Shown in pieces: positions 31,555-42,724 of a stretch of DNA of 64,000 nucleotides. The first letter of the stretch is position 1. Each line of letters opens with the position of its first letter. The translations under genes were made by a program, and so were the position numbers. Source of the DNA: an uncultured delta proteobacterium (GTDB lineage Bacteria; Myxococcota_A; Polyangia; Palsa-1104); the NCBI GenBank assembly GCA_963785725.1, contig CAWAWS010000039.1:96001-160000 (forward strand), read 5' to 3'. The notes under the pieces were generated by a model that was given only the letters and a program-made list of their open reading frames with translations, searched no databases and was not told where the DNA came from.

Positions 31555-32712
31555 GCTCGTCCTTTGGCCGGCAATAGCGTCTCGTACAAGCGTCCCAAAT
31601 CGGTACACAAGCGCTCGACGCTGTAGGCGCGCAGGACCTCGCCGCGAATACGCGCGGCCCGCGCGCGGCTCGCGTCCGACAGCGCGCGCTCGATGGCGTC
31701 GGCGAGCGCGCTCGCGTCGCGCGCCGGCGCCAGCTCGCCGCGCGCCCCGTGCTGCAAGAGATCGGGCACGCCGCCGACCGCCGTCGCCGCCACCGGCACG
31801 CCCGACGCCATGGCCTCGATGAGCGCGACCGGCGTGCCCTCGTTCACCGACGACAACGCCAGCGCATCCAAGTCGGCGTAGATGCGCTCGAGACCTTGCG
31901 TCCAGCCGAGCAGGTGCGCGCGCGCCGTCAAGCCGCGGCCGGCGATCGCCGCCGTCACCTCCGCGAGCAGCTCGCCGCCGCCGACGAACACGAACTGCAC
32001 GTCGGGGCGGCGCTCGGCCAGCTGCGCGGCGGCGGCGACGAACGTGGCGTGGTCCTTCACCGGCACCATCCGTCCGACGATGCCGACGAGCTTGACGTCG
32101 CGGTCGACACCTAGTCGCGCGCGCAATTCACCGCGGTGACGCGCGACGTCGGCGAACGGCGACAGGTCGAAGCCGAGCGGTACGACGGTGAACTTCTCGG
32201 CGGGCGCGATGTGATAGTGCGCCGACAGCTCGTCGACGAGACCATCGCTGAGCGCGACCAGCTTCGTCGTCGTGCGCGCCAACAGCTGCTCGATGGCGAT
32301 GAACGCGCGCGTCTTCCACTTGCCGAAGTAGCCGGAGAACACGTGGCCGTGGAACGTGTGCACGCGCACGGGAACGCCGGCGGCGATGGCGCAGACGCGA
32401 CCGATGGCGCCCGCTTTGGCCTTGTGCGTGTGCACGACGTCGGGCCGCTCGCGACGCATGAGGCGATAGAGCTTCCACGCCGTCGACAGATCGCGCAGCG
32501 GCCGCAGCTCGCGCCCGAGCGATGGAATCAGCGCCGACGTCACGTCGTGCTGCGCCAAGCAGATAGCCCATGTCGGCTTCGCCCGGTTCGATCGAGCCGG
32601 TCACGAGCAGCGTCGTAAAGCGCGCCGGATCGAGCCCGCGCGTCGTCAACACCGCGTGAATCGCCGGCCCGCCGACGTTGAGCCGATCGATGATGCGCAA
32701 CACTTTGATCAT
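31551..32712 (-). CDS. GT4 glycosyltransferase (frameshift near 32555)
   Basis: IKVLRII.RLNVGGPA, DVVHTH.AKAG..GR, HTFHGH, SS.NEGTP..LIEAMA.G.P. Confidence 0.9.
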
Positions 32713-32716
32713 GCGA

Positions 32717-34597
32717 TCATGCGGCTTGCGCGACGCTGCGTTCGGCGAGCGAGCGCAGCCAGATCTCGAGCGTCAACAGCGCCCACAATTTCTGGCCGTG
32801 ATCGCGCGCGCGCTGCTCGTGCTCGTCGAGCAGCAGCGTCACCGCCGGGCGATCGAGATAGTCGAAGATGCGCGCGTGCGGCGCCGACAAATAGTCGTGC
32901 AAGTAGTTGCGCAGGTCGCCGCGGAACCACGTCCCGAGCGGCACGCCGAAGCCCATCTTGCCGCGCTCGCGAATCTCCTGCGGCAAGAGGTCGGCGAAGG
33001 CCTGCTTCAGGATCACCTTGGTGTCACTTCCGCGGCGCAGGAACTTCGCCGGCAAGGTCGCCGCGTACTCGATGAGCGCCGTGTCCAAGAAGGGCGAGCG
33101 CGCTTCGAGGCCGTGCGCCATCGACGCGCGGTCGGCTTTGACGAGCAGGTCATACGGCAAGTAGCTGCGGAAGTTGTGCTCGAGCACGCGCGCCAGCGGC
33201 GACGACGACTGCGCGGCGGCGAAGATCTGGCGCTGCCAATCGAGCGGCGCGTCGACGTCGAGCCCGGCGGCGATGTCGCGACGCAGGACGGCGCGTGGGT
33301 CGAAGAAGGTGTTCCAGCGCGCGATGCGATCGGCCAGCGGCAGCGCGCTCGCGGTCAGAAAGCGGTGCGCCTTCGACAAGAGCGCGCGCTCGGACTCGCG
33401 CCGCGGCAAGGCGCCCGACAGCGTCGCCGCCAGATGACGCAGCGGCGCCGGGATGCGCTCGGCCGCCTCCGCCGCCAAGAAGCGCGCGTAGCCGCAGAAG
33501 AGCTCGTCGCCGCCGTCGCCGGTGAGCGCGACCGTCACGTGCTTGCGCGTCAGCTGCGCGACGACGTAGGTCGGGATGGCCGAGGAGTCGCCGAAGGGCC
33601 CGTCGTGATGGCGCACCAGCGTCTCCACCAGCTCGAATGACGACGGCTGCAGCGTGAACTCGGTGTGCTCGGTGTCGAAGGCGCGCGCGGCGATGCGGGC
33701 GAAGTGCGTCTCGTCGTAGCGTGGATCGCCGGCGAAGCCGATGGAGAAGGTGCGCACCTTGCCGAGCGCGCGCGCCATCAAGCCGACGATGATGGTGGAG
33801 TCGATGCCGCCCGATAAGAAGGCGCCGAGCGGCACGTCGGATTCGAGGCGGCGCGTCACCGCGTCGGTCGTGAGCGTGCGGACGCGCTCGGTGGCCGCTT
33901 CGTACGAGTCGCTCGTCGTCGTGACGCCGAAACGCGCCGTCCAAAATGGCGCGATGCGCGGTCGCGTGACGTCACTCGCATCGACGACGAGCGTGCTCGC
34001 GGGCGGCAGCTGGCGCACGCCTTCGTGCAAGCTCAGCGGCGGCGGCACGAAGCCGTAAGCGAGATACGTCGGCAGCTGCGTGGCGTCGACACCGGTCGGC
34101 AAGCCCGACGCGTGCAAGCTGGCGATGGTCGAGCCGAAGCGGAAGACGTTGCCGCGCGTGCTGTAGAAGAGCGGCTTCTTGCCGGCGCGATCGCGGGCTA
34201 CGAGCAGCCGGCGGCGGCGGCGATCCCACAGGCCGAACGCGAACATGCCGTCGAGGCGCGCGACCACGGCGTCGCCCCACGCTTCGTAGCCGCGCACGAT
34301 CGCCTCGGTGTCGCTGCGCGAGCGAAAGACGTGCCCGAGCGCCTCCAATTCGCGGCGCAGCTCCTTGTGGTTGTAGATCTCGCCGTTGAAGGCGATGACG
34401 ATGTCGCCGTCGTCGTTCGTCATCGGCTGCGCGCCCGCCGGCGAGAGATCGATGATCTCGAGGCGCCGATGGACGAGCGTGCACACGCCGTCGCCGAAGT
34501 GGCCCTCCGCGTCCGGCCCGCGATGCGCGAGCGCGGCCGAGACTCGCGCGCTCGCGCCGTCGGGCAATGCGCCAATCGCGCCGAAGATGCCGCACAT
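32717..34597 (-). CDS. asnB: Asparagine synthase (glutamine-hydrolysing)-like amidotransferase
   Basis: MCGIFG, HRGPD, FNGEIYN, LSGGIDS, TGDGGDELF.GY, K.DR.SMA.GLE.RSPFLD. Confidence 0.95.
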   Translation of the reverse strand: MCGIFGAIGALPDGASARVSAALAHRGPDAEGHFGDGVCTLVHRRLEIIDLSPAGAQPMTNDDGDIVIAFNGEIYNHKELRRELEALGHVFRSRSDTEAIVRGYEAWGDAVVARLDGMFAFGLWDRRRRRLLVARDRAGKKPLFYSTRGNVFRFGSTIASLHASGLPTGVDATQLPTYLAYGFVPPPLSLHEGVRQLPPASTLVVDASDVTRPRIAPFWTARFGVTTTSDSYEAATERVRTLTTDAVTRRLESDVPLGAFLSGGIDSTIIVGLMARALGKVRTFSIGFAGDPRYDETHFARIAARAFDTEHTEFTLQPSSFELVETLVRHHDGPFGDSSAIPTYVVAQLTRKHVTVALTGDGGDELFCGYARFLAAEAAERIPAPLRHLAATLSGALPRRESERALLSKAHRFLTASALPLADRIARWNTFFDPRAVLRRDIAAGLDVDAPLDWQRQIFAAAQSSSPLARVLEHNFRSYLPYDLLVKADRASMAHGLEARSPFLDTALIEYAATLPAKFLRRGSDTKVILKQAFADLLPQEIRERGKMGFGVPLGTWFRGDLRNYLHDYLSAPHARIFDYLDRPAVTLLLDEHEQRARDHGQKLWALLTLEIWLRSLAERSVAQAA

Positions 34598-34598
34598 G

Positions 34599-36329
34599 CT
34601 ACTTCGTCGCCTCGGTCGTCGTCTTTGGCCGCGGCACCAACAGGTTCCCCATGACGAGATAATCCACGTCGGTGGCGACGAACGTGCGCACGGCATCTTC
34701 CGGCGTGCACACGATCGGCTCCTGCACGTTGAACGACGTATTCAAGAGCACGGGAATGCCGGTCCGCTTCTCGAACGCGTCGAGCAGCGCCCAATAGCGC
34801 GGGTTGACGTCCTTCTCGACCAGCTGCGGCCGCGCCGTGCCGTCGACGTGCACGACCGCCGGAATCTCCGCCTTGCGCTCCTCGAGCACCGGAAACACCG
34901 TGATCATGAACGGCGCTTGATGCTGCTTGCCGAAGTAGCGCTCGGACGCTTCCGCCTTCATCGACGGCGCGAACGGCCGGAACGGCTCGCGCAGCTTGAT
35001 CTTGCGATTGATGACTTCCTGCATGTCGCGGCGGCGCGGATCGGCCAAGAAGCTGCGATGGCCGAGCGCGCGCGGACCCCACTCCATGCGCCCTTGGAAC
35101 CAGCCGATGATCGCGCCGTCGGCGATCAATTGCGCCACGCGTTCGGGCAGCGCCTCGTCGCTGAGCCGCTCGGGCACGAGCTTGGCCGACTCGGCCGCGC
35201 GCCGGCAGCGCGCCTCGTCGTAACCGGGGCCCCAATAGGCGTGCCGCATCGCCGCCCGCCGCGGCTGACCGAGCTGCTGATGATAAACGTACAGCGCCGA
35301 GCCGAGCGCGCCGCCGCCGTCGTGCGACGCCGGCTGAAAGAACTGCTGCGTAAACGGCGTCCGCGCCGCGATCTTGCCGTTGGCGAGCGAGTTGAGCGCG
35401 CAGCCGCCGGCCATGCACAGGTTCTTCGAGCCCGTCTCTTTCTGCAGCCAATCGAGCATGTGGAACAGCGTCTCTTCGTAGGTCTTTTGCACGCTGGCCG
35501 CGATGTCGTAGTGGCGCTGCGTCGGCTCTTCGTCGGGCGCCCGCGCCGGACCCCACAAGTCGAGCGCGCGCTGCGAATACTGACGATGCTTGGCCAGGTG
35601 GTGATCGAGGAACTTGATGTCGAGCGTGAAGCCGCCCGGACCATCCTTGACGACGACCTCGCGCTGCAAGGTATCGGCGCTCGTCGGCTTGCCCCAGCCG
35701 GCCATGCCCATGACCTTGTATTCGTCGCCGGCGAACATGTCGAAGCCCAAGAACTGCGTCGCAGCCGAGTAGAACTGGCCGAGCGAGTTGGGCAGCTTGA
35801 TGCGCCGCAAGACCTTGAGCTTCGTCCCTTGGCCATGCGCGAACAGAACCGACGCCTCTTCGCCGGCGCCGTCGACGGTGAGCACGGCCGCTTCGTCGAA
35901 GGGCGAGCAATAGAACGCGCTCGCCGCGTGGCTGACGTGATGCTCGATGAAGTGGAACTTGAAGCTCGACGGGCCCATGTCGTGGCGCACCTTCCACGGC
36001 ATGTAAAACATCGGCAGATAGTAGCCGCTGAGCTGCTTCGTGCCGCGTTTGACGCGTGCTTTGAAGAGGTCGAAGCCTTTGGCGAGCACGCCCAGCGTGT
36101 GCGTGATGCGATGCTGCAACAGCCACGGCTTCCAATAGTGCGTCACGTGATCGACGTCGGCGATCGTGATGCCCGCTTGCTCGAGACAATAGGCAGCGGC
36201 GAGGTGCGGAAAGCCGGTGTGATGCTTCTGGCGCGAGAAGCGCTCCTCTTCGGCGCAAGCGATCACCTCGCCGTCGCGAATCAGCGCGGCCGAGCTCTCG
36301 CCCATCGTCGTCAATCCCAGGATGTACAT
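34599..36329 (-). CDS. Carbamoyltransferase (NodU/CmcH family)
   Basis: EEERFSR.KH, HH..HAASAF, VDG.GE, EYKVMG.A, AGGCALN, GPRALG.RS, RE.FRPFAP, NTSFN..EPIV. Confidence 0.95.
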   Translation of the reverse strand: MYILGLTTMGESSAALIRDGEVIACAEEERFSRQKHHTGFPHLAAAYCLEQAGITIADVDHVTHYWKPWLLQHRITHTLGVLAKGFDLFKARVKRGTKQLSGYYLPMFYMPWKVRHDMGPSSFKFHFIEHHVSHAASAFYCSPFDEAAVLTVDGAGEEASVLFAHGQGTKLKVLRRIKLPNSLGQFYSAATQFLGFDMFAGDEYKVMGMAGWGKPTSADTLQREVVVKDGPGGFTLDIKFLDHHLAKHRQYSQRALDLWGPARAPDEEPTQRHYDIAASVQKTYEETLFHMLDWLQKETGSKNLCMAGGCALNSLANGKIAARTPFTQQFFQPASHDGGGALGSALYVYHQQLGQPRRAAMRHAYWGPGYDEARCRRAAESAKLVPERLSDEALPERVAQLIADGAIIGWFQGRMEWGPRALGHRSFLADPRRRDMQEVINRKIKLREPFRPFAPSMKAEASERYFGKQHQAPFMITVFPVLEERKAEIPAVVHVDGTARPQLVEKDVNPRYWALLDAFEKRTGIPVLLNTSFNVQEPIVCTPEDAVRTFVATDVDYLVMGNLLVPRPKTTTEATK

Positions 36330-36366
36330 CCTCAGCTCTTCTCCTCGTGTCGCATTAATCGAAGCT

Positions 36367-37437
36367 TTAAATCACGGCGCGGACGATGTCGACCACGCGC
36401 GGCGCGTGCGCGGCCAAGGACCAGCGCTCGACGGCTTGCGCGCGGCCGTTCTCGCCGAGCGCGCGCCGCAAGACCGGCGACTCCATCAGCTGCTCGAGGC
36501 GCCGCACCCAATCGTCGTCGTCGTAGGCCAAGAAGCCGTTGTCGCCGTCGCGCACCATGTCGACGGTGACGCCGACCGGCGACGCCACCACCGGCACGGC
36601 GCAGGCCATGTACTGCACCGCTTTGAAGCCCGATTTACCGAGCGACCACGCATCTTCGACGAGCGGATAGAGGCCGATGTCGAGGCCTTGAAAGTCGGCC
36701 ACTTCGCGGGCCAGCGACCAGGGCACGTTCTCGATCGTCAGTCCTGGCGCCTCGAGCGTCGCGCCCACGACGCGCAAGACGAACTTGCGCCGCTCGGCCA
36801 GCTTCGTCAGCGCGGGAACGATGGCGCGCAAGTATTGCAGCGACGAGTGCGTGCCGATCCAGCCGAGCACGGGCGTGGCGCGCGTCGTCGTGGGCGCCGG
36901 TTGAAACTGCGTGGTATCGACCACCGTCGGCACGATGTCGGTGCGCGCGTTGTATTGCCGCGCGTAGTCGGCCACGAACGGATTGCCGGCGATGACGTGC
37001 GCCGCGGCGCCGAGCGTAAAGTGCGTCTTGCCCGGCGCCTTCAGCAGCTTCGACAAGAGCGCGCCATAGGTCGGCGACGCATAGGGCACCCAAATCGCGT
37101 CATCGAGATCGAAGATCACCGGCCGATCGAGCGCGCGCGTCATGAGCCACTCGACGATGGGCGGACCGACGAGCGCGGCTTCGCGATGGATGAGCACGGC
37201 ATCGGCACCGACGGCGCGCACGAGATCGAGCGTGCGCCCGACGACGGCCTGCGCGCCCGTGCGCAGCTTGGCCAGCGGCGCGCCGCGACGATAGAGCACG
37301 CGAAAGCCGTCCTCGTCGAGGAACGGGCGCAGCACCGGCTCGATGCCGGCCGCGCGCAGCGCCGGGAAGAACTGCTCGAGCCGAAAGCGCGTCGCCGCCG
37401 CCGACGACGGATAGGGCGCGATGACGAGCAGCTTCAC
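36367..37437 (-). CDS. GT4 glycosyltransferase
   Basis: VKLLVIAPYP, R.R..QF, FDLDDA.W, GWIG, GK.GFK..QYMA...PVV.SPVG. Confidence 0.88.
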   Translation of the reverse strand: MKLLVIAPYPSSAAATRFRLEQFFPALRAAGIEPVLRPFLDEDGFRVLYRRGAPLAKLRTGAQAVVGRTLDLVRAVGADAVLIHREAALVGPPIVEWLMTRALDRPVIFDLDDAIWVPYASPTYGALLSKLLKAPGKTHFTLGAAAHVIAGNPFVADYARQYNARTDIVPTVVDTTQFQPAPTTTRATPVLGWIGTHSSLQYLRAIVPALTKLAERRKFVLRVVGATLEAPGLTIENVPWSLAREVADFQGLDIGLYPLVEDAWSLGKSGFKAVQYMACAVPVVASPVGVTVDMVRDGDNGFLAYDDDDWVRRLEQLMESPVLRRALGENGRAQAVERWSLAAHAPRVVDIVRAVI

Positions 37438-38721
37438 GCGCGCACCAGCTGTCGCTGACGGCTGCGGCTGCGGCACGGGCGTATCGTTGAGCAGCAAGTC
37501 GGGATCGAGCCCGGCGTTGCGGCAGCGCTTCCGCAACACGCCGAGCGACGCGAAGATGAAGAGGATGATGAAGATCTGCGCGCGCTGTCGAAAGCCCGAG
37601 CCGACGTTGCCGTGCACGAGCGAATAGGCGCAGGTCATGACGACGGCGAAGAGCAACAGCGGCGACGTGGCCGCGAAGCGCTTGCGGAACATCCACCACA
37701 TGCCGCGCAGCATCGACGGAAACAGCAGCCACCAATAGAACGTCTCGGGCGCGGCCAAGAGCGCGCGAAACGAGCCCAGCTGCCACGGAAACGGACCCAG
37801 CAGCAGCTCCGAGATGCCGACAGGCAAGAACAGCAGCGCCTTGCCCGGCGTCGAGATGTCGGCCTCGCTGGAGAAGCCGGAGTTGGCGGTCGTCGCCATG
37901 CCTTGCCGGAACGCCGACACCTTCTCGAAGCTGATGGACTCGAGACCGGTCTGCGCGCGGCCGGCGAACCCGACCATGATCAAGAGGCCGAGCAAGATGC
38001 CGCCGACGACGATCTGCTTGTAAAAGCCGCCGACGAGACCGACGCCGCGCTCCAAGAACAGCGACGTCAAGATCGCGAAGCCGAGGAAGTAGACCATGTA
38101 GAAGCGCACCGGCTGCATCGCCAGCAGCGACAGCGCGATGCCGAGGACGGCGCCGGGCGTCGCCCGCCGCTTGGCCGCGACGCACGAGATGAGCCCGATG
38201 AGGATCAGCAGCGACATGAGCGTGTCTTTGCCCGCCGTCGAGCTCCACAAGATCATCGACGGCACGAACGCCGCCAGCAGCGCCGCCCGTTTGGCGACGA
38301 GCGGGTGAAAGAACTGCCGCGCGAGGCGATAGACGAGGAACACCGTGCCCATGCCGAGCACGCAGTTGAAATAGGAGACGAGCGGCGCGAACTGCCCGAG
38401 CACGTAGTAGATCGCCGACGACAGCCAATAGAAGCCGAAGTTGGGCGCCATGCGCTTGACGACGTCGAACGGCGGACCGGTGCCGCTCCAGCCGCGCGCC
38501 GTCACCATGCCGAGGTATTCGTAGCCGTTCGCGTCCTCGTGGAACAGGCGCGTCTCGGGAAACACGGCGAAGATCGTGGCTGCGATCAGGCGCAACAGCA
38601 GCGCGACGGCGAGCACGCGCACGATGAACGGGCGCTCGGCCGCCGGCAGCGTCATGCTGCACAGCGCGACGGCGCCGGCACCGACGAGCGAGAAGAAGAC
38701 CAGCGGATAGAGGACGTCCAT
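37434..38721 (-). CDS. Polytopic GT-C-like membrane protein, candidate Wzy polymerase (reads through into the GT4, probably via an indel near 37455)
   Basis: About 10 TM helices, DA.GYE loop, KD motif, late periplasmic loop and R.RAQ; alternative frame ends QRQLVRA* with GTGA overlap. Confidence 0.65.
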
Positions 38722-39938
38722 CAGCGCGCCAGCTGCTCGTAGAGCTGTCGATAGCGCGCGATGCCGATCTCTTGCAGCGCGAAGTGGGTCGTTGCCACGA
38801 GCCGATGCCGGGCGCGCGCGGCATCGTCGTCTGCGGGCAGCCCGACGACGCGCGCGGCGACGGCGTCGAGATCGCGATTGCCCATCAGGTTCGCGTCGAG
38901 CAGCGACTGCGGATGGCGGCGCAAGAGGTCGTCTTGGTCGCCGATGCCGCGATTGATGACGACCGGCAGCCCCATCGCCAGGTATTCTGCCACCTTCACC
39001 GGCGACGAGGCGATCTTGGAGAAGCGCGGCTCGATGAATGCCACGGCCGCGTCGGCCCCCGCCAGCTGCGCCGCCATCTCGTGCTGGGTCGCGCTACGGA
39101 CGGCGATGTCGGCGTCGGCGATGCCGCGCTGTTTCAGCTCGGCCCGGAGCGCTCCGGCGTCGGCGCGCGTCCACACGGCGAACAGCGCCGGCCGGCGCAA
39201 GCGAATCGCCGCGAAGAGCTGCGCCATCTCTGCCAGGCAGTAGTTGCTGCCGAGCGAGCCGGCGTAGGCGACGACGAGACGATCGCCGGCCTGCAGCGCG
39301 CGCCGGCTGCGCTCGCGCGCGGTCGGATCGACGACGAAGCGCTGCAGATCCACGCAGCAGGGAATGATCGCGATCGGCGTCGCCGCCGCGACCAATTGGC
39401 CTTCGTCGCGCAGCCAGCGCCGCAAGCGATCGGTCAGCACGACGACCGCGTCCGCGCGCCCAAACAGCTGACCTTCGGCGAGCTTCAAGAGGCGATGGCG
39501 AAACGAGCCGCGTCGCCAATGGCCGAAGTCGACGTACTCGTCGCCAAGCAGACCGCGACAGTCGAAGATGAAGCGGCTGCCGGGCGTGATCGCCGCGGCC
39601 ACTTTGGCGACGGCGCCGGCGAGGTAGCTGCGCGCGTGAATGATCCGCGGTCGTTGCACCAGCGCGCGTCCGAGCAGCTCCGCCAGCGCGCGCGACGATT
39701 CGAGCACCTTCGTGCCGACGTCGTGGACGCGCTTGCGGCGCAGCCAGCGGTACGCGATGCCGTGATCGCCGAGCTGCTCACGCACGCGATCGATGGCCTC
39801 GCACGTCGCCTCCGGCGGCTCGAACGTGACGATCTCGATGCGATAGCCCACGCGCGCCAATCCCGCCAGGTACGGGATCACCTGCGACTGCCCGAGGGGC
39901 TCGGTCATGCCGGTTTGCGAGACGTAGAGAACGCGCAT
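38721..39938 (-). CDS. GT4 glycosyltransferase
   Basis: GQSQVIPYL, IIHARS, IFD.RG, IPCCVD, SP.K.AEYLA.GLPV. Confidence 0.88.
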   Translation of the reverse strand: MRVLYVSQTGMTEPLGQSQVIPYLAGLARVGYRIEIVTFEPPEATCEAIDRVREQLGDHGIAYRWLRRKRVHDVGTKVLESSRALAELLGRALVQRPRIIHARSYLAGAVAKVAAAITPGSRFIFDCRGLLGDEYVDFGHWRRGSFRHRLLKLAEGQLFGRADAVVVLTDRLRRWLRDEGQLVAAATPIAIIPCCVDLQRFVVDPTARERSRRALQAGDRLVVAYAGSLGSNYCLAEMAQLFAAIRLRRPALFAVWTRADAGALRAELKQRGIADADIAVRSATQHEMAAQLAGADAAVAFIEPRFSKIASSPVKVAEYLAMGLPVVINRGIGDQDDLLRRHPQSLLDANLMGNRDLDAVAARVVGLPADDDAARARHRLVATTHFALQEIGIARYRQLYEQLAR

Positions 39939-40105
39939 GGGTTACGTAAGCCGAAGTATCTGCTGTTGGTTGCGTGTATCGCGCCGCCGGTTCAAAAGCG
40001 GCCAGAGTATGCGTCGGACAAGGTGCGCTTGCCAACCCTATCGTCCAATGGACAGCCTTCAACGACTGCGCTAGTTTGTGCGCACTTTTGGGTGTTGGAG
40101 GCGGA

Positions 40106-40780
40106 GTGAACACATATTTGCCGAAGCGGGTCCTGGTCATCGCGCCGCACTGCGATGACGAGACTTATGGCATGGGTGGGACCATCCTCAAGCTGCGCGC
40201 CTCGGGCGTCGACGTGTTCGTCGTCGTCGTCGTCTGCGGCGATCTGCGCTTCGAGCACACCGGAACCGTCATCACGCGCGACCAGCGCATGAGCGAGTTC
40301 GGCGACGTCATGCGCGCGCTCGGCGCGCAAGGCACCGTCCTCGGCTTCAAGAACGAGACGCGCATGGACCAAGTGCCGATCGCCGACGTCGTGTCCGCGA
40401 TCGAGAAGGTCCAGGACGACTTCCGCGCCGACACTTGGTACATGATCGGCCCGTCATTTCACCAAGATCACCGCGTCGTCTTCGAGGCGGCGCAGGCGGC
40501 GGCGCGACCGACACGGCGTTGTTATCCGACGCAAATCTTCCGCTACGAGCTGCCGACTTACAGCGGAAATCCGCGCGAGTGGAACTTCACGGCGCACATT
40601 TACGAAGACATCAGCGCGCATTTGGAGCAGAAGCTTGCGGCGTGCGCGCTCTATCAATCGCAGGTTCGTCCGTCGGGCATGCTGTCGCTCGACGCCATTC
40701 GCCGCTTCGCCGAGACGCGCGGGTTCGAGTCGCAGCGCGGTGCCGCCGAGTGCTTCGAAGTGGCGCGAATCATTCGCTGA
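40106..40780 (+). CDS. PIG-L/LmbE family de-N-acetylase
   Basis: VLVIAPH.DDE..G.GGT, HQDHR, Y.SQ, AE.FE; GGAGG upstream of GTG 40106. Confidence 0.88.
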   Translation: MNTYLPKRVLVIAPHCDDETYGMGGTILKLRASGVDVFVVVVVCGDLRFEHTGTVITRDQRMSEFGDVMRALGAQGTVLGFKNETRMDQVPIADVVSAIEKVQDDFRADTWYMIGPSFHQDHRVVFEAAQAAARPTRRCYPTQIFRYELPTYSGNPREWNFTAHIYEDISAHLEQKLAACALYQSQVRPSGMLSLDAIRRFAETRGFESQRGAAECFEVARIIR

Positions 40781-40801
40781 CGTTGGGACACTAAGTCCGG
40801 A

Positions 40802-41951
40802 ATGCGGATCTTGCACGTCATCGAGTCGATGCAGATGGGTGGCGCCGAGCGTCACCTGGCCAACTTGATGCGCCCGCTGGCCGACTTGGGCGCGACCAAC
40901 GAAGTCGCGACGCTGTGGTCGGGGCAGGCTTACGGCGCGAGCGTGCTGCCTTACGCGCGCGTCCACGACATGGGGCTGACGCCGCGACGCGCGCTGCCCG
41001 CCATCTTGCCGCTCGCTCGGCTGGCCCGCGAAGTCGACGTCGTCAACACGCAGCTGCCCTGGGCCGACATCGTCGGGCGCGTGGCGGCGTTGATGGCGCG
41101 CAAGCCCTCGGTGACGACGCTGCAGACCACGTGGTACGACCCGGCGAACCTCGACAGCTTCACGCCGCCCATCCGTCGCAACGTCGAGCGAGTCCGCCGC
41201 GTCGACGCCTTTACGGCGCGGCTGACTCGCCGCTTCTTCGCGGTCTCCGAAGCGACGCGCCAGGTCTACATTCGCGTGCTCGGCGTCCCCGCGAACAAGA
41301 TTCAGGTCATTCCCAACACGGTCGATCTCGGGCAGTTCAACCTGGCGGCGCTGCCGCCGCGTCAGGAGCTGCGCGCCCAGCTGGGCTGCGCCGCCGACGA
41401 GCTGGCGCTGGTCATGGTGGCCCGTCTCGTGCCGCCCAAAGGTCACGCCGACGCCATCGCCGCCGTGGCGCGGCTTCGCGACGAGCTGCCGATCAAGCTG
41501 TACGTCGCCGGCACCGGACCGGAAGAAGAGCGGCTCAAGAAGTTGGCCGCCGAGCAGCACGCGCCGGTCGTCTTCTTGGGGCCGTACAACGACGTGCCGG
41601 CGCTCTTGGCCGCGGCCGATCTGTTCCTGTTTCCATCGATCATCGAAGGCATGCCCTTGGCGCTCATCGAGGCGATGACGATGGGGTTGCCCTGCCTGTG
41701 CTCCGACATTCCCGAGAATCGCGAGACGGGCGGCGACGCCATCGCCTACGCCTCGCCCGGCAACGTCGACGAGCTCACCAAGGCGCTGCGCACGATTCTC
41801 CGCGACGATGGCGCGCGGCAGCGGCTCGCGGCCGCCGCGCCGATGCGGGCCAGCCGCTATTCGGCGCGCACCGTCGCCGCCGAGTTCTTGCGCTCGATTC
41901 GAAGATGTCCTCGGTGGTCGCCGAAGCTCGAGCGATGTGGTCGCTCTTTAG
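40802..41951 (+). CDS. GT4 glycosyltransferase (frameshift near 41900)
   Basis: MRILHVI.S...GGAE, IPN.VD, ARL...KGH, PS..EG.P.ALIEAM..G.P; shifted frame ends EDVLGGRRSSSDVVAL*. Confidence 0.88.
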
Positions 41952-42615
41952 AGACTACAACTACCCCGTCCATCGGCTGCTCGACCAGGCCGCCCGCCGG
42001 CACGTCGCGGACTTCACGGGCCGCGTGCTCGACGCCGGCTGCGGGACGTCGCCCTATCGCGAGCATCTTCCGTCCCACGTCGACTACGTGGGTGTCGATC
42101 GCAGCCGGCAGCCGCAGGTGCGCGCGCTGGCCGACACGAGCGCGCTGCCGTTCGCCGATGCCAGCTTCGACGGCGTCATCTGTACCGAAATGCTGTCGCA
42201 GTCGACACGTCCGTGGCAGCTCATGGGCGAGCTGGCGCGGGTGCTGCGTCCGGGCGGTCGGCTGTACCTGACCGCGCCGTTCGATTGGCACTTCTTCGAC
42301 GAGCCCTACGACTACTTTCGCTTCACGACGCACGGCGTGCGCGCGCTCCTGGAAGACGCCGGCTTCGACGTCGAGCTCACCGAGCCCGTCGGCGGCATGT
42401 TCAGCGCCTTCGCCGGCAAGCTGCTCGAAGACGTCGTGGCCGACGTGTGGCTGCCGCTGGCGCGTGCGGCCGGCATTCGGCGCGGCGCCTACTTCGCGGC
42501 GGCGCTGGCGGCGCTGCCGTGGAATGCTGCTTCGGTGCTGCTGTTGCCGCGCCTCGATCGCCTAGTCCGGCGTAACCCCTTCTCGATCGCCGTCAAGGCC
42601 GTGCGTCGCGTTTGA
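41935..42615 (+). CDS. Class I SAM-dependent methyltransferase
   Basis: VLDAGCG..PY, LPF.D.SFD, RVLRPGG.L.LT.PF, P.DY.RFT..G; alternative start at 41905. Confidence 0.88.
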   Translation: MWSLFRDYNYPVHRLLDQAARRHVADFTGRVLDAGCGTSPYREHLPSHVDYVGVDRSRQPQVRALADTSALPFADASFDGVICTEMLSQSTRPWQLMGELARVLRPGGRLYLTAPFDWHFFDEPYDYFRFTTHGVRALLEDAGFDVELTEPVGGMFSAFAGKLLEDVVADVWLPLARAAGIRRGAYFAAALAALPWNAASVLLLPRLDRLVRRNPFSIAVKAVRRV

Positions 42616-42724
42616 ACATTCTCGTCGTCCGACGCAACGGACAACGTGACGAGGCCGCGCCGCCGGCTTGACGGACCGGCCGACCCGCGACTACAGTGCC
42701 GCGTTTTCAAAGAAGAATCGAACG

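Noticed and set aside
36367..38721. 784-aa membrane protein-GT4 fusion in the ORF track
   Set aside because: Removing one base near 37455 gives QRQLVRA* with better GC3 and a GTGA overlap onto the GT4 start; likely an indel, so not claimed as a fusion
21504..38824. Very long antisense and alternate-frame ORFs (e.g. 21970-24054, 27461-29134, 34386-36569)
   Set aside because: Arg/Ala-rich shadow ORFs of high-GC genes with no motifs
40802..42615. Long overlapping GT4 and methyltransferase ORFs (489 and 566 aa)
   Set aside because: Explained by a frameshift near 41900 and a stop-free upstream frame; the real genes are about 380 and 226 aa
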